Source: Spirochaeta africana DSM 8902 (GTDB lineage Bacteria; Spirochaetota; Spirochaetia; DSM-27196; DSM-8902). Taken from it: a DNA stretch of 24,000 bases. This document shows, piece after piece, positions 23,732 to 24,000 of the stretch. A model generated the notes under the pieces. The model did not search any database. It worked only from the letters and a program-made list of their open reading frames with translations, and was not told the DNA's origin. A program made the position numbers and the translations under genes. The first letter of the stretch is position 1, and each line of letters begins with the position of its first letter. The DNA is taken from positions 3,220,202 to 3,244,201 of the forward strand of contig NC_017098.1 of NCBI RefSeq assembly GCF_000242595.2, given 5' to 3'.

Positions 23732-24000
23732 ATGCACACCGCACCGCAAGCTGTACTACCCGCACCGCACACTGTACTACCCGTCCTGCTGCTGCTGATT
23801 ACCCTGGCAGCACCACACCTGGCAGCCCAGCCACAGATGGAAACCCCGGGCGACCACACGTCCCGCCCGGAAAACCCCACCCCCGATTCACCCGGGGCCA
23901 GCGGCTCCCTGAACGGTTCGAACCGCGGCAGCACCGCTGCCAACCGGCACGCGGAGGCACCAACCGCCGGAACCCTGCCCGACGCAGAGTCCGGCATCAG
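23732..24000 (+). CDS. Start of a Pro/Ala/Gly-rich putative secreted protein (runs off the right edge of the window)
   Basis: The plus-strand frame is open to the window end. ATG 23732 gives MHTAPQAVLPAPHTVLPVLLLLITLAAPHLAAQPQMETPGD..., a hydrophobic signal-like core with an AXA-like site. An in-frame ATG at 23666 is an alternative. No SD is visible at either start. The opposite-strand ORF 23719-23997 looks like a shadow frame. Confidence 0.35.
   Translation, partial: MHTAPQAVLPAPHTVLPVLLLLITLAAPHLAAQPQMETPGDHTSRPENPTPDSPGASGSLNGSNRGSTAANRHAEAPTAGTLPDAESGI
23741..23782 (+). repeat. 21-bp in-frame tandem duplication at the 5' end of the terminal ORF
   Basis: GCACCGCAAGCTGTACTACCC (23741-23761) is followed by GCACCGCACACTGTACTACCC (23762-23782). 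The copies have 2 mismatches and encode APQAVLP-APHTVLP. Confidence 0.8.

Noticed and set aside
3629-23782. Short tandem repeats (3629-3654, 10266-10322, 19743-19764, 21289-21324, 23741-23782) considered as a possible CRISPR or other arrayed repeat system
   Set aside because: Each has only two copies, the sequences are unrelated to one another, and there are no unique spacers of CRISPR length. Three of the five are in-frame duplications inside coding regions.
23915-23924. GGTTCGAACC, resembling a tRNA T-arm/T-loop
   Set aside because: The flanking sequence does not give a T-stem, an acceptor stem or an anticodon arm. The site lies inside the open reading frame of the terminal gene.
23719-23997. 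Minus-strand 92-aa ORF at the right edge of the window
   Set aside because: Its translation is Gly/Ala/Arg/Cys-rich with no signal or motif. The plus-strand frame has a signal-peptide-like N-terminus and stays open to the window end, so I favour the plus strand, though with low confidence.

Overview
This is a GC-rich, densely coding bacterial chromosomal segment. I call 24 protein-coding genes and one IS-like element, and I see no rRNA, tRNA or CRISPR array. Gene order, left to right: (1) a partial cheW, thyX and a CapA-family putative lipoprotein, all on the minus strand; (2) a secreted M23 peptidase on the plus strand; (3) a minus-strand ROK-kinase -> ppx -> ppk polyphosphate operon; (4) a plus-strand cluster of a NadR-type NMN adenylyltransferase, nfeD and two tandem SPFH/slipin paralogues; (5) a 1.29 kb IS-like element with terminal inverted repeats; (6) nfnA-nfnB, the GltD-like ferredoxin:NADP oxidoreductase pair; (7) an orphan receiver plus histidine-kinase-like protein with no visible H-box; (8) a minus-strand panB-panC-coaX-panD operon; (9) a minus-strand nadC-nadA-nadB operon; (10) the start of a Pro-rich secreted protein. 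Four gene junctions are ATGA start/stop overlaps (7309-7312, 10647-10650, 17090-17093, 22685-22688), which indicates translational coupling. The content is mostly core and cofactor metabolism. I do not see a convincing new multi-gene system such as a defence island. Six items are most worth a second look: the IS-like element of unclear family; a ROK kinase without the zinc-Cys motif that is coupled to ppx/ppk; a NadR-like NMNAT with a decayed kinase domain sitting ahead of nfeD-SPFH-SPFH; the receiver/pseudo-kinase; an excess of same-strand TTATNCACA (DnaA-box-type) motifs at non-coding or start-codon positions; and a repeat-bearing 315-bp spacer upstream of panB. All functional calls rest on motif and family recognition by eye, and no database search was possible.
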